NCBI GenBank assembly: GCA_964035545.1
Contig: OZ037771.1
Coordinates: 15,719,289-15,783,288 of the forward strand
DNA length: 64,000 nt
Reading direction: 5' to 3'
From: Bugula neritina
Taxonomy: Eukaryota > Animalia > Bryozoa
Shown: piece after piece, positions 24,801-37,499 of the stretch
How positions within the stretch are numbered: the stretch's first letter is position 1
How the letters are laid out: each line of letters begins with the position of its first letter
Translations under genes and position numbers: made by a program
The notes under the pieces: generated by a model
Seen by the model: only the letters and a program-made list of their open reading frames with translations
Database searches by the model: none
Told to the model about the DNA's origin: nothing

Positions 24801-27800
24801 GGGAAGAGTTTGAGATCTCAAAGTTCTATGAATTCTTCTACCCAGTCTCTTGAGAGCCAAGAAGTGGCAGCAATAGTCGGCGGTGAGATAGTCAGCGGTG
24901 ACCAGGTAAAAGGAGCTGCCACTTTACCTGTGTCTGTCAACAGGTTAGTTACTAGTATATGTTAGTTACTAGTACATGTTAGTTACTAGTACAGGTTAGT
25001 TACTAGTACATGTTTGTTACTAGTATATGTTAGTTACTAGTACATGTTTGTTACTAGTATATGTTAGTTACTAGTACATGTTAGTTACTAGTACATGTTA
25101 GTTGCTAGTATATGTTAGTTACTAGTATATGTTAGTTACTAGTACATGTTAGTTACTAGTACATGGTAGTTACTAGTACATGTTAGTTACAACTCTTTCT
25201 GTAGTTCGATGCCGTTATCACCGGCTGACTTGCATGGAATGTGGTACCCAACTGTGAGGAAAACCCTTGTCTGTCTCTCTAAGCTCTCACGCTGCATTGA
25301 TACGACCACATTCCAAGGTCTTTCCCAGGAAGCTCTTAATCTCTGTATTCAGTCTCTACTCCTGGCTAAGAGGTTGATCTCTAAGAACAAGACGCAAATG
25401 GACGGCCAGCTTTTCTACATAAAGCACTTGTTGATCATCAGGGAGCAGATTAGCCCCTTTCAAGCCTCTTTTTCAGTCAAGGAGACGCAGATTGGCTTCT
25501 CTCATATTAAAGGTATTGAGCATTAAATACTGAGCTCTCTCCCTCCCTCTCCCTTCCCCTCTCCCTCCCCCCTCTCTCTCTCCCCCTCTCTCTCCCCCTC
25601 TCTCCCCCCCTCTCTCTCTCTCCCCCTCTCTCTCCCCCTCTCTCTCCCCCCCTCTCTCTCTCTCTCTCCCCCTCTCTCTCTCTCTCCCTCTCCCTCTCCC
25701 TCTCCCTCTCCCTCTCCCTCTCCCTCTCCCTCTCCCTCTCCCTCTCCCTCTCCCTCTCCCTCTCCCTCTCCCTCTCCCTCTCCCTCTCCCTCTCCCTCTC
25801 CCTCTCCCTCTCCCTCTCCCTCTCCCTCTCCCTCTCCCTCTCCCTCTCCCTCTCCCTCTCCCTCTCCCTCTCCCTCTCCCTCTCCCTCTCCCTCTCCCTC
25901 TCCCTCTCCCTCTCCCTCTCCCTCTCCCTCTCCCTCTCCCTCTCCCTCTCCCTCTCCCTCTCCCTCTCCCTCTCCCTCTCCCTCTCCCTCTCCCTCTCCC
26001 TCTCCCTCTCCCTCTCCCTCTCCCTCTCCCTCTCCCTCTCCCTCTCCCTCTCCCTCTCCCTCTCCCTCTCCCTCTCCCTCTCCCTCTCCCTCTCCCTCTC
26101 CCTCTCCCTCTCCCTCTCCCTCTCCCTCTCCCTCTCCCTCTCCCTCTCCCTCTCCCTCTCCCTCTCCCTCTCCCTCTCCCTCTCCCTCTCCCTCTCCCTC
26201 TCCCTCTCCCTCTCCCTCTCCCTCTCCCTCTCCCTCTCCCTCTCCCTCTCCCTCTCCCTCTCCCTCTCCCTCTCCCTCTCCCTCTCCCTCTCCCTCTCCC
26301 TCTCCCTCTCCCTCTCCCTCTCCCTCTCCCTCTCCCTCTCCCTCTCCCTCTCCCTCTCCCTCTCCCTCTCCCTCTCCCTCTCCCTCTCTCTCTCTCTCTC
26401 CCTCTTTCTCTCTCTCCATCTTTAATCTGTAATATAAAATTCTTTTAGACGCTGCACTTGGGCTGGTGAAAAGAAGCTCAGATCTGTTCAAGTTCAATTC
26501 AAATAATTCTTTACTCCAGTTTTTGGTTGAGGTAAGATAGTATGGGTATGTTAATTAGTTTGGTACACACTTGAAATCTTCAGTTCTTAGCTATTTTTTT
26601 ACCATTTAGCTGATAATGTTGTATGGATTTTTGCCCAAAAATAATAAAATATCAATAGATACAACTAAATAATGAAGTTTTTTTTGTAAATTTTGCTTGA
26701 TTATCCATGATTTTCCTAATTGTTTAGATGATTTCTATTTGCAGACCGTCATGAAAAAACCGTGACAGTCCACAAATCCAAATTAACTAAATGATTAGGG
26801 AAAAACATAGGAAATTAAGCAAAATTAAAAATAATCTTGGATATTTAGTTGTAATACTTAAATTTTTATTAGATTAGAGCAAAAAACCATATACATTAGC
26901 AGCAAAGTTGTGCGAAATAGCTAAAAACTGAAGATTGTGAGTGTGTACTAAATTAAGTAAAATACCCATATACATGCAGTGTGCGGTATGTACATACTAT
27001 GTACAGTGTGTACTTACTGTGTACAGTATGTACTCACTGTGTACAGTATGTACTTACTATGTACAGTATGTACATACTATGTACAGTATGTACTTACTGT
27101 GTATAGTATGTACTTACTGTGTACAGTGTGTACTTACTGTGTATAGTATGTACATACTATGTACAGTGTGTACTTACTGTGTATAGTATGTACTTACTGT
27201 GTATAGTATGTACTTACTGTGTACAGTGTGTACTTACTGTGTATAGTATGTACATACTATGTACAGTGTGTACTTACTGTGTATAGTATGTACTTACTGT
27301 GTATAGTATGTACTTACTGTGTACAGTGTGTACTTACTGTGTATAGTATGTACATACTATGTACAGTGTGTACTTACTGTGTATAGTATGTACTTACTGT
27401 GTATAGTATGTACTTACTGTGTATAGTATGTACTTACTGTGTACAGTATGTACCTACTGTGTACAGTAAGTACATACTGTGTATAGTATGTACTTACTGT
27501 GTATAGTATGTACTTACTATGTATAGTATGTACTTACTGTGTGAAAGGATATCAAACAGATTGGTTGGTTGTGTCTAGGGAACTCCTCAGGCCACCGAGT
27601 GTCTTATGGACTCTAAACAGGATGTGGATCAGCAGTTAAAAGTTTCCTGTGCCGAATTCATTGACCATGTCACATCACAGCTTCTGTCAAAGCTGCAGGA
27701 CTTTCTCACTAGAGTATGATTATAAAACTATTGTACATATATTACACTATTATATAGTATAATATATATTATACTATATAATAGTATAATATATATTATA

Positions 27801-29012
27801 CTATTATATAGTATAATATATATTATACTATTATATAGTACACACATATACTACACATATACTACACATATACTACACATATACTACACATACAGGCTGA
27901 TGTGATTCTCAAGATGGCCGACCAGGGCTCCACGACTCAGCTGAAGAGTCAACCCTTTGCCCAAGCAGAAGCTGTGAGAGAGTGTCTAGCTGAATCGTAT
28001 CGAGTGCTGAAGAGTCGGGGCCCCTCGCTGCACCAGACTATGTCTCTGTATTTGTCTAACCGAGATACTGAGGCTATACTGTTTAAACCTATCAAAGTGA
28101 GTGGCTACACTTCATCCTATACACTCTTTGCCTCGTCTAATATATTCTCTTGTCTGTTACTTTACAATGTTAATCCTATGACAGGCTCGTGTGCAGAAGA
28201 GCTACCAGCAGGTGATTGAACTCGTAGCCACGGAATACAGTGAGGAGGAGAGACACATTATTGCCTGCCCTACGATGGAGCAAGTGAGAGCTTGTTACTC
28301 TTATACCTTGTTACTATACTCTTATACCTTGTTACTCTTATACCTTGTTACTCTTATACCTTGTTACTATACTCTTATACCTTGTTACTCTTATACCTTG
28401 TTACTCTTATACCTTGTTACTCTTATACCTTGTTACTATACTCTTATACCTTGTTACTCTTATACCTTGTTACTCTTATACCTTGTTACTATACTCTTAT
28501 ACCTTGTTACTCTTATACCTTGTTACTCTTATACCTTGTTACTCTTATACCTTGTTACTATACTCTTATACCTTGTTACTCTTATACCTTGTTACTATAC
28601 TCTTATACCTTGTTACTCTTATACCTTGTTACTCTTATACCTTGTTACTATACTCTTATACCTTGTTACTCTTATACCTTGTTACTCTTATACCTTGTTA
28701 CTATACTCTTATACCTTGTTACTCTTATACCTTGTTACTCTTATACCTTGTTACTCTTATACCTTGTTACTATACTCTTATACCTTGTTACTCTTATACC
28801 TTGTTACTCTTATACCTTGTTACTCTTATACCTTATTACTATACTCTTATACCTTGTTACTCTTATACCTTGTTACTCTTATACCTTGTTACTATACTCT
28901 TATACCTTGTTACTATACTCTTATACCTTGTTACTATACTCTTATACCTTGTTACTATACTCTTATGATAGCTATCATATTTCAGGTTCTTCTAATTCTC
29001 TCCAACAAATGA
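18849..29012 (+). CDS. COG3: Conserved oligomeric Golgi complex subunit 3 (Sec34)
   Basis: Exons 18849-19010, 20112-20332, 20685-20880, 21765-21857, 22069-22197, 22359-22477, 23145-23271, 23576-23773, 24345-24539, 24774-24943, 25205-25512, 26449-26531, 27579-27713, 27896-28096, 28185-28283, 28986-29012 (TGA). Recognisable COG3 segments: [77 protein letters not shown]. Confidence 0.95.
20350..20670 (+). repeat. intronic 20-bp repeat TACTCACTAGTATGACTGTG
   Basis: Tandem copies with a 60-bp higher-order block. Confidence 0.9.
20881..21720 (+). repeat. donor-anchored 20-22-bp repeat GT(A/G)TGTACTTACCTCTCTCT
   Basis: Starts at the intron GT; contains TACTTACCT. Confidence 0.95.
22515..23120 (+). 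repeat. old degenerate 17-bp repeat GCTATAGCATACCATGT
   Basis: Heavily diverged copies. Confidence 0.85.
23295..23560 (+). repeat. intronic 36-bp repeat AACTTACACTTATCTGTACTGCTAGTGTACATACAT
   Basis: About 7 copies. Confidence 0.95.
23797..24325 (+). repeat. intronic 12/22-bp repeat TACTGTATATAG / TACTGTATATCTCTGTATATAG
   Basis: Tandem copies. Confidence 0.9.
24944..25190 (+). repeat. donor-anchored 17-bp repeat GTTAGTTACTAGTACAT
   Basis: Starts at the intron GT. Confidence 0.95.
25533..26420 (+). repeat. (CTCTCC)n polypyrimidine microsatellite
   Basis: About 700 bp perfect core plus degenerate flanks; the (GE)n ORF is its antisense reading. Confidence 0.97.
26543..26968. mobile_element. 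foldback/MITE-like imperfect palindrome in a COG3 intron, flanked by TA
   Basis: Termini TGGGTAT...ATACCCA with TA on each side. Arms match in reverse complement along their length (GTACACAC..AATCTTCAGTT..TAGCTATTT vs AAATAGCTA..AACTGAAGATT..GTGTGTAC), centred on GACCGTCATG-aaaaaac-CGTGACAGTC near 26755. Confidence 0.7.
26985..27540 (+). repeat. intronic 20-bp repeat TACTTACTGTGTATAGTATG
   Basis: Tandem copies adjacent to the MITE. Confidence 0.95.
28291..28965 (+). repeat. intronic 16/21-bp repeat CTTGTTACT(ATACT)CTTATAC
   Basis: Tandem copies. Confidence 0.95.
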
Positions 29013-29289
29013 AGCTGAAACCTCTAAAGTTGACTCGGAATAGAACAGTAAAGATGAGCTGTTGAACCATGTTTCCTCTTTTTTTGGGAATTTATGAAGA
29101 ATTGAGTAAACCCTTTGGCAATATTGTGTTTTAACATTCTATATTTTATTACTCTATGCACTTGAAATTACATATTAAATATTAAAGATGTTCCTGATGT
29201 TTCCAATAACACATTACACTTTGCTTATTGTAAACGCTCTTTCATTATAAAGGATACATTTTCATAGATCTTAAACAATGTAGTACAAG

Positions 29290-29572
29290 GTGTATACTAC
29301 ACAGTGTATTCTACACAATGTATACTACACAATGTATACTACACAATGTATACTACACAGTGTATTCTACACAGTGTATACTACACAGTATACTGTACAG
29401 TATGATACACAGTATAACACACAGTGTAACACACAGTATAACACACAGTGTAACACACAGTGTAACACACAGTGTAACACACAGTATAACACACAGTATA
29501 ACACACAGTATAACACACAGTGTAACACACAGTGTAACACACAGTATAACACACAGTATAACACACAGTATA
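29290..29572 (+). repeat. 14-bp then 12-bp repeats (TATACTACACAATG; ACACACAGT(A/G)TA) downstream of COG3
   Basis: Tandem copies. Confidence 0.85.
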
Positions 29573-30399
29573 ATAGCTAGCTTATCAACTCTAAAAAGTT
29601 GAAATTCTCAATTTCTAGTAGTTGTGCTTGTGACTGACTCTGTTGGTTTTCTTACGAGAAACAAATAATGGATGCAAAGTTTTGTAGAAGTCTATTCAGT
29701 GAAACCTCTAAGCCCGAGGTATGAAATTTGTAGACTATGTTACGAAAAAAAGTACACTCTGCTGTCAAAGAATTGATAATTTGTTATTGCTTGTAGGCTA
29801 CAGATTTCCTGTTGGTATAGGTATAAATTATAATGATTATAGTAGGATTGCTTTTGAAATGGCACATTGAACAAGCATGTTTTGTAATAACATTATAACT
29901 TTAGTTGCAGTTTGCAAAACTTAGCCTATTTAATGTTAATAAAATAGTTTACAAAATTGATGCAGGTAAATAGAAACAACGTATAAATTATAAGCTAACA
30001 AGATATTATTCTAATTCCAATATTAAAAGGTTTACCAATATTCTTAGGTTTAAAGAGTTGTCCTAACGTGTAGCACTTTCTAAAACTCATCATACTGTTT
30101 ATATTTATTTTTAGGTGGCAAAATGGGTAATTATTTGATCATAATTAATTATTAAACAGCAGCATAAGATTATTTATTAATTCACCATGTTGACAATTCT
30201 CTTTGAGCGTTTCCGAAACCGCCATGAGAACTTGCTGTCGCTGGTTTATCGTGCAGAAAATAAAAACTGCCGAAGACTATTCGGCTATAACAATTTCTCA
30301 ATGAAACAGACTGTCCTATGAAATACTTACGAACACCATTAATTTCCTTAATTAGATAAAATGTCTCCATCAAAATAAACGAGTTTTGAAAAGCACAAA

Positions 30400-33300
30400 A
30401 TGTCCTTTTGTCTAGATTGTTGTTTTCGAACAGCAAGATGGTTTCCTGTAGTTTTTATAGTCGCTGTAATATGCTGGTCTTATTATGCATACGTTGTGGA
30501 ACTGCTCGTTAGTAAGTTGAACAATTGAAATAGTATAACTATAAGTATAGGTATTACTATTACTATTAGTAATAGTAATACTAATACTAATAGTAATAGT
30601 ATTACTATTAGTTACTATTAGTATTACTATTAGTATTGGCATTGCTGCAATACTAATACTAATAGTAATACTATTACTATTAATATTAGTATTACTAATA
30701 ATAACATACTATTACTATTAGTGTTATACTTGGTAATAATAATTAATTATTAATAGTAAATAGTTATACCTGTAATTATTAGTTAATATAACTAGTATAA
30801 GTATACGTATTATTTTTGGTTAAACTTTTACTAATTACTTATACTTATAGTTATTGTCACTGCAACTAATAGTAATACTAGCAGTAAGTTATTTATTCAC
30901 TAGTTAGTAGTTAGTGTTAGTAATGGTAGTACTTAATTTTATTAATTATTATATTTTAATTTTTATATTCATAATCATAACCATGATCATATTCATAATC
31001 ATAATGTTTATTTAATATACTTCACTATCAGTATCACTATGATTTAGTAACTCTTAGATTATCAGTATATCACTATTACCATTGGCATGGCTAACAGTAA
31101 CCTTAAATTAAGGTAATACTAACTAATACTAATAGCTCCATTTTACTTTGTGATTTACAGTAGCAAATAAGTAATTTAGTAATACCTGTTTACTGATTAT
31201 CATATTCATATTGAATTTAATGATCACTGATCATCATTATAACTTAATATTATAACTATGGGTATGGCTATCAGCATCATAATGATAATGGCAGTATCAG
31301 TTGATGATAATACTTGTACTCATACTGACCGATGAGTCTCATCCTATTAATTATCTCGTATTCGGAATCAAAATAAGTATATTGTATTTATGTTGTACAC
31401 AATATTATTTATTTTTTAGAAACAATACCAGCTGAGAACATATCTGAGAAAGGTGGGTCTAAAGCTGCAGTAACAACTTGCTGCTTTATATTTTTCAATG
31501 CAGCCTTTTAGTAGTATAATATGCCATGAAAGTTAAGAGAGTTGTGAGGATTGCTATCATTCTGTTACAGTTATCCTTGGCGTACTCTACCACCCTGTGC
31601 TGTTTATGTTCTTGTGGGCTTACTATAAAATAGTTTATACAGAACCCAAACCTCCTCCGCGCCAGGTCAGTATTTCATCTTTCGCCAACTGTCTTACTTC
31701 ACTAGTAGTATCTAGTAATATGTAGTACTAACTAGTAATATATAGTACTAGCTAGTAGTATATAGTAATAACTAGTAGTATATAGTACCAACTAGTAATA
31801 TATAGTACTAACTAGTAGTATATAGTACTAACTAATGATATATATTACTAACTAGTAAGATATAGTAATATATCTTAGGTCATATTTTCCTGTTGACTTT
31901 AGAGTGCTGGTTGATTAACATGGTAATATTTTCTCAGTTCTATTTGACTCCTGAGCAACAAAGAGCTCTGGAGGAAGCTGAGCGAAATGGTGATAGAGAA
32001 AGGGGAGTACAACTCCTAGAAAAATATATTGAATCTCTACCTGTGATAACTCGCACACACAACCAAGGTAAGTCACCTATACTCAGTATAACGGAGGAAT
32101 AACTCTCACATTTACTCGGTATGCAGGAGAGATAACTCTCCCATACACTCATTATACAGGAGAGATAACTGTTAAAAGTGTCATATGCTGTAGACTTGTA
32201 TTAGAAAGTTAGAAATACCCTCATAGCAGCACTAGATATGTTATTGTATGCAATATATTTCAGGTGTTCGATATTGCCATATATGCCAATGCATCAAACC
32301 TGACCGGGCCCACCATTGTTCAGTATGTCGCATGTAAGTATGTCATATGTATGTAAGTATTCAATACTTACATAATATTTACTATTCAATACTTACATAG
32401 TATTTACTATTCTATACTTACATAGTATTTACTATTCTATACTTACATAGTATTTACTATTCTATACTTACATAGTATTTACTATTCTATACTTACATAG
32501 TATTTACTATTCTATACTTACATAATATTTACTATTCTATACTTACATAGTATTTACTATTCTGTACCTACATAGTATTTACTATTCTATACTTACATAA
32601 TGTGTTTACTTACTTTTTGTCAGGTGTGTGCTGAAGATGGACCACCACTGTCCCTGGTAAGATTTGTTAGATTATTATAGCTTCTTGTGCTGCCTTCAGC
32701 ATGCCCTTGTCTATCCCGCTGACTATACAATAGCTGTCATACATGATGCTGACTATACAATAGCTGTCATACATGATGCTGACTATACAGTAGCTGTCAT
32801 ACATGATGCTGACTATACAATAGCTGTCATACATGATGCTGACTATACAATAGCTGTCATACATGATGCTGACTATACAATAGCTGTCATACATGATGCT
32901 GACTATACAATAGCTGTCATACATGGTGCTGACTATACAATAGCTGTCATACATGATGCTGACTATACAATAGCTGTCATACATCAGATGCTGACTATAC
33001 AATAGCTGTCATACATGATGCTGACTATACAATAGCTGTCATACATCAGATGCTCATGCTGTTTGTTTCAGGGTGAACAACTGTGTCAGCTTCATCAACT
33101 ACAAGTTCTTCATTCTCTTCTTACTGTACGCTGAGATCTACTGCTTGTTTGTAGCCTTCACTGACATCAAATACTTCATACAGATGTGGACGGTACGTCA
33201 AGTACACCTTCCCCGTATTACTAACATCTCTGCATCTAATAGATCTATGACCATGTTCTATTTATAGAGTATATCTGCATCTAATAGATCTATGACCATG

Positions 33301-34482
33301 TTCTATTTATAGAGTATATCTGCATCTAATAGATCTATGACTATGTTCTATTTATAGAGTATATCTGACGTTGGACCGAGCATGAACTTTCATATTCTCT
33401 TTCTGTTTATTGTGGCCATCATGTTCTCTCTGTCTGTGTTGGGGTTGCTGGGATACCATATCTACCTCGTGTTTAGGAATCAGAGTACACTGGGTACGTT
33501 TGAGTTTGTTATTTAGCTAGTACTCACTATAGTATAGTACTCACTGTTGTACTCACTATAGTATAGTACTCACTGTTTGGTACTCACTATAGTATAGTAC
33601 TCACTGTTGGTACTATGTCCTTTTATTGTATTTCCAGAGTCCTTTCGACCTCCCATATTTATGAATTCCGGTCCCGATAAGCATGGCTATAATCTTGGAA
33701 GAGACAACAACTGGAGAGAGGTGTTTGGAGACAACTCCAACACGTGGTTCCTTCCTGTGAGAAGTTGGTGAGATTTGTCTTCTCTCTGTAGTCTGTTTCT
33801 ACACACATTACTCTACACACATTACTCTACACACATTACTCTACACACATTACTCTACACGCATTACTCTACACACATTACTCTACACACATTACTCTAC
33901 ACACATTACTCTACACACATTACTCTACACGCATTACTCTACACGCATTACTCTACACGCATTACTCTACACGCATTACTCTACACACATTACTCTACAC
34001 ACATTACTCTACACACATTACTCTACACACATTACTCTACACACATTACTCTACACACATTACTCTACACACATTACTCTACACACATTACTCTACACAC
34101 ATTACTCTACACACATTACTCTACACACATTACTATACACACATTACTCTACACACATTACTATACACACATTACTCTACACACATTACTCTACACACAT
34201 TACTCTACACACATTACTATACACATTACTCTACACACATTATTCTACATCACTTCAACCAAATGTATTTGTATTTTATAGTAAAGGTGATGGAGTGACT
34301 TTCCCTACTAGGTTTAATTTGGTCTCAAATCATGGATACAGTTCAATGGAGAATGGTCAGTCAATGTGAGTATAGGGACTAGCAGCATGTTTGGTGTCTG
34401 CATTATCTACTAGTTGAAACTTTACCCCCTTCAGCTCTCACTTTATCCACTCTCTGTTTACAGGTCTACCCAGGAATGGTGA
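30400..34482 (+). CDS. ZDHHC2: DHHC palmitoyltransferase, ZDHHC2/15/20 clade
   Basis: Exons 30400-30511, 31420-31452, 31571-31665, 31938-32067, 32264-32333, 32624-32656, 33072-33192, 33358-33493, 33638-33767, 34282-34365, 34464-34482 (TGA). An alternative donor at 34355 gives a stop at 34498. Motifs: WSYYAY, [18 protein letters not shown], [37 protein letters not shown]. Paralogue within the 2/15/20 clade and the last exon are uncertain. Confidence 0.9.
32365..32600 (+). repeat. intronic 25-bp repeat ATACTTACATAGTATTTACTATTCT
   Basis: Tandem copies. Confidence 0.95.
32718..33055 (+). repeat. intronic 30-bp repeat GCTGACTATACAATAGCTGTCATACATGAT
   Basis: About 11 copies. Confidence 0.95.
33230..33367 (+). 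repeat. 45-bp triplication spanning a 3' splice site
   Basis: TTTATAG|AGTATATCTG at 33267, 33312 and 33357. Confidence 0.9.
33797..34245 (+). repeat. intronic 14-bp repeat CTACACACATTACT
   Basis: Tandem copies. Confidence 0.95.
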
Positions 34483-34499
34483 TGCTCCGTCAGTCTAGC

Positions 34500-34880
34500 T
34501 TGTCACTCTCTCTAACTCATGCACCTAGTGACTCTCTCTAACTCATGCACCTAGTGACTTCTCTCTCTCTAACTCATGCACCTAGTCACTCTCTCTCTCT
34601 AACTCATGCACCTGGTGACTTCTCTCTAACTCATGCACCTAGTGACTTCACTCTAACTCATGCACCTAGTGACTTCACTCTAACTCATGCACCTGGTGAC
34701 TTCACTCTAACTCATGCACCTAGCTTGTCACTCTCTCTAACTCATGCACCTAGTGACTTCACTCTACAGTGACCTGCTTTACTGTACATCACGCTACAGT
34801 GACCTACTTTACTGTGCGTCACGCTACACTGACCTACTTTACTGTGCGTCACTCTACACTGACCTACTTTACTGTACGTC
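34500..34880 (+). repeat. repeats directly after the ZDHHC stop (TCTAACTCATGCACCTAGTGAC..; 30-bp GACCTACTTTACTGT..)
   Basis: Two adjacent tandem arrays. Confidence 0.85.
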
Positions 34881-35645
34881 ATTTTGTATTAACCATTAAA
34901 GTGCTGTGCAAGACATGGATACCTTACTGTTGGAAGTTGTTCACCCACTTTATTGAAAGTGTAGACAACTTCAAGCTGGCTTCGGGGAGTTCTTTTATAA
35001 TTGAAATGTAAGCTGCAATATCATGATTGCAGGGTAGCTTTACACACAGCCTATCTATCAATTCATCTATGGAACCAAATATAACCTTATGTAGTCTCTT
35101 TTTAGCAATGCTGGCGTCAAATTCATTTTCCTATTTTTGAAAATTTTATTTTTATTGATATGTAAATCATTTATAACTATACATTCTGTAGAATCCTTAT
35201 TTTCAGCTGTTATTCTATAATAAACCTGTGTTGTATCTGCTGTATGCAAATGTCTGATACATTGGATTATAATGTTACTTATTCATACAGTTATACCTGT
35301 TCTACTCACTATTATACACTGAAATGTACTGCCTTTATTCTAGATTAGCCAATCAATATCTCCTTTCATTTCTCTTGTATCATATGTTTAAATGTTATTA
35401 GATAAATAGGAATTGAAAGCATGATTTATTTCCAATACTGCCCACGTGACTTTAATATTTACATTACACTCGAAACGAGCTGGTCTATTCAGCTGCTAAC
35501 CAATTGTAGGCATTGTTATGAGCTCACAATAATATGACCTGCTTGTCGCCTATTCAGTTGTATTGAGTAAGCTCTTGCCACTATCACTCACAGTCCATGT
35601 CACTGCATATCACTGCCTGCCTGCTCTCTAGAGTTGTATCAGTTT

Positions 35646-35816
35646 ATCACTAGCACTTTCAGTACCAACAGTAGTAGATCACTAGCACTTTCAGTACCAA
35701 CAGTAGTAGATCACTAGCACTTTCAGTACCAACAGTAGTGGATCACTAGCACTTTCAGTACCAACAGTAGTGGATCACTAGCACTTTCAGTACCAACAGT
35801 AGTAGATCACTAGCAC
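35646..35816 (+). repeat. 32-bp repeat GATCACTAGCACTTTCAGTACCAACAGTAGTA
   Basis: About 5 copies. Confidence 0.9.
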
Positions 35817-35919
35817 ACTCAGTTCCTGAAGACGCAGTAGCCTCTGCAATGACCGACTGAGGAGAACAGTTAGTCTACACTCAACAGGATACTTCAAACT
35901 CTACCATAATAGGTGAGCT

Positions 35920-36530
35920 TATACTCTACACCTAAGTGTATCACTCCATCCCTCAGTGTATCACTCTACACCTCAGTGTATCACTACACACTGTATACTC
36001 TACACCTCAGTGTATCACTACACACTGCATACTCTACACCTCAGTATATCACTACACACTCTATACTCTACACCTCAGTGTATCACTACACACCTCAGTG
36101 TATCACTACACACTGTATACTACACACCTCAGTGTATCACTACACATCTCAGTGTATCACTACACACTGCATACTCTACACCTCAGTATATCACTACACA
36201 CCTCAGTATATCACTACACACTCTATACTCTACACCTCAGTGTATCACTCTACACCTCAGTGTATCACTACACACTGTATACTCTACACCTCAGTATATC
36301 ACTACACACTCTATACTCTACACCTCAGTGTATCACTACACACTCTATACTCTACACCTCAGTATATCACTACACACTCTATACTCTACACCTCAGTGTA
36401 TCACTACACACTCTATACTCTACACCTCAGTATATCACTACACACTCTATACTCTACACCTCAGTGTATCACTACACACTGTATACTCTACACCTCAGTA
36501 TATCACTACACACCTCAGTATATCACTACA
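35920..36530 (+). repeat. intronic repeat TACACCTCAGT(G/A)TATCACTACACACTCTATACTC
   Basis: Tandem copies with subunit deletions, bounded by GT (35913) and AG (36531). Confidence 0.9.
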
Positions 36531-36531
36531 G

Positions 36532-37454
36532 GAGACAGAAGAGATGAACCAATCAGTGATAGAGGAAGAAGAGGAACTGGGAATATATTCGGATAAAGAT
36601 GAAAGTGGGGGAGACTTGAGTGACGATGAGCCACCAATCACAGAGCAGGACATGTCTGGTAGACCACAATCTCAGGTATGATACCATAGTCTGAGATATA
36701 ACATAGACACTATAGTCTGAGATATAACATAGACACTATAGTCTGAGATATAACATAGACACTATAGTCTGAGATATAACATAGACACTATAGTCTGAGA
36801 TATAACATAAACACTATAGTCTGAGATATAACATAGACACTATAGTCTGAGATATAACATAGACACTATAGTCTGAGATATAACATAGACACTATAGTCT
36901 GAGATATAACATAGACACTATAGTCTGAGATATAACATAGACACTATAGTTTGAGATATAACATAGACACTATAGTCTGAGATATAACATAGACACTATA
37001 GTCTGAGATATAACATAGACACTATAGTCTGAGATGATTTAGTTGAAAGTTTTGGTTTCTATTGTAGTTCAAACTGAGGGTGACTAGTGCACTTTCTCAT
37101 AGTCATCACTTGGAAAATCACTTGGACAACCACTTGGACCACCACAGAGACAACCAGAGAGACAACCACTTGGACCACCAGAGAGACAACCACTTGGACC
37201 ACCAGAGAGACAACCACTTGGACCACCAGAGAGACAACCACTTGGACCACCAGAGAGACAACCACAGAGACAACCACCGAGACAATGCGAAACTGCCGGT
37301 ATTTGCAACAGATAGTTCCTTAACAGAAGAGCAGTTGGATGACCTTGACATAAACAGTGAACAGACAGACATAAATATGCATCCAGTCCACCAAATGCAT
37401 AGAAACTTAGTGAACGGAGAGCGAAAGAGCTGCATATCAAAGGAACAAGTCTGA
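36532..37454 (+). CDS. uncharacterised acidic then His/Asp-repeat coding segment (two exons); alternative ZDHHC 3' end or separate small gene
   Basis: Exon 36532-36675 (ETEEMNQSVIEEEEEL...QSQ) splices in phase 0 to 37068-37454 (FKLRV...NHLDHQRD repeats...KEQV*). Clean AG/GT ends. ATG at 36544. No homology recognised. Confidence 0.45.
36686..37035 (+). repeat. intronic 26-bp repeat TAGTCTGAGATATAACATAGACACTA
   Basis: About 13 near-perfect copies. Confidence 0.95.
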
Positions 37455-37499
37455 AGTTCTCATGAGCATGAGCTCTCAGTACTTCCTAATCCTGTCACT

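Noticed and set aside
23295-37035. 30-36-bp repeats resembling CRISPR arrays
   Set aside because: Head-to-tail copies with no unique spacers, no cas genes, eukaryotic intron context.
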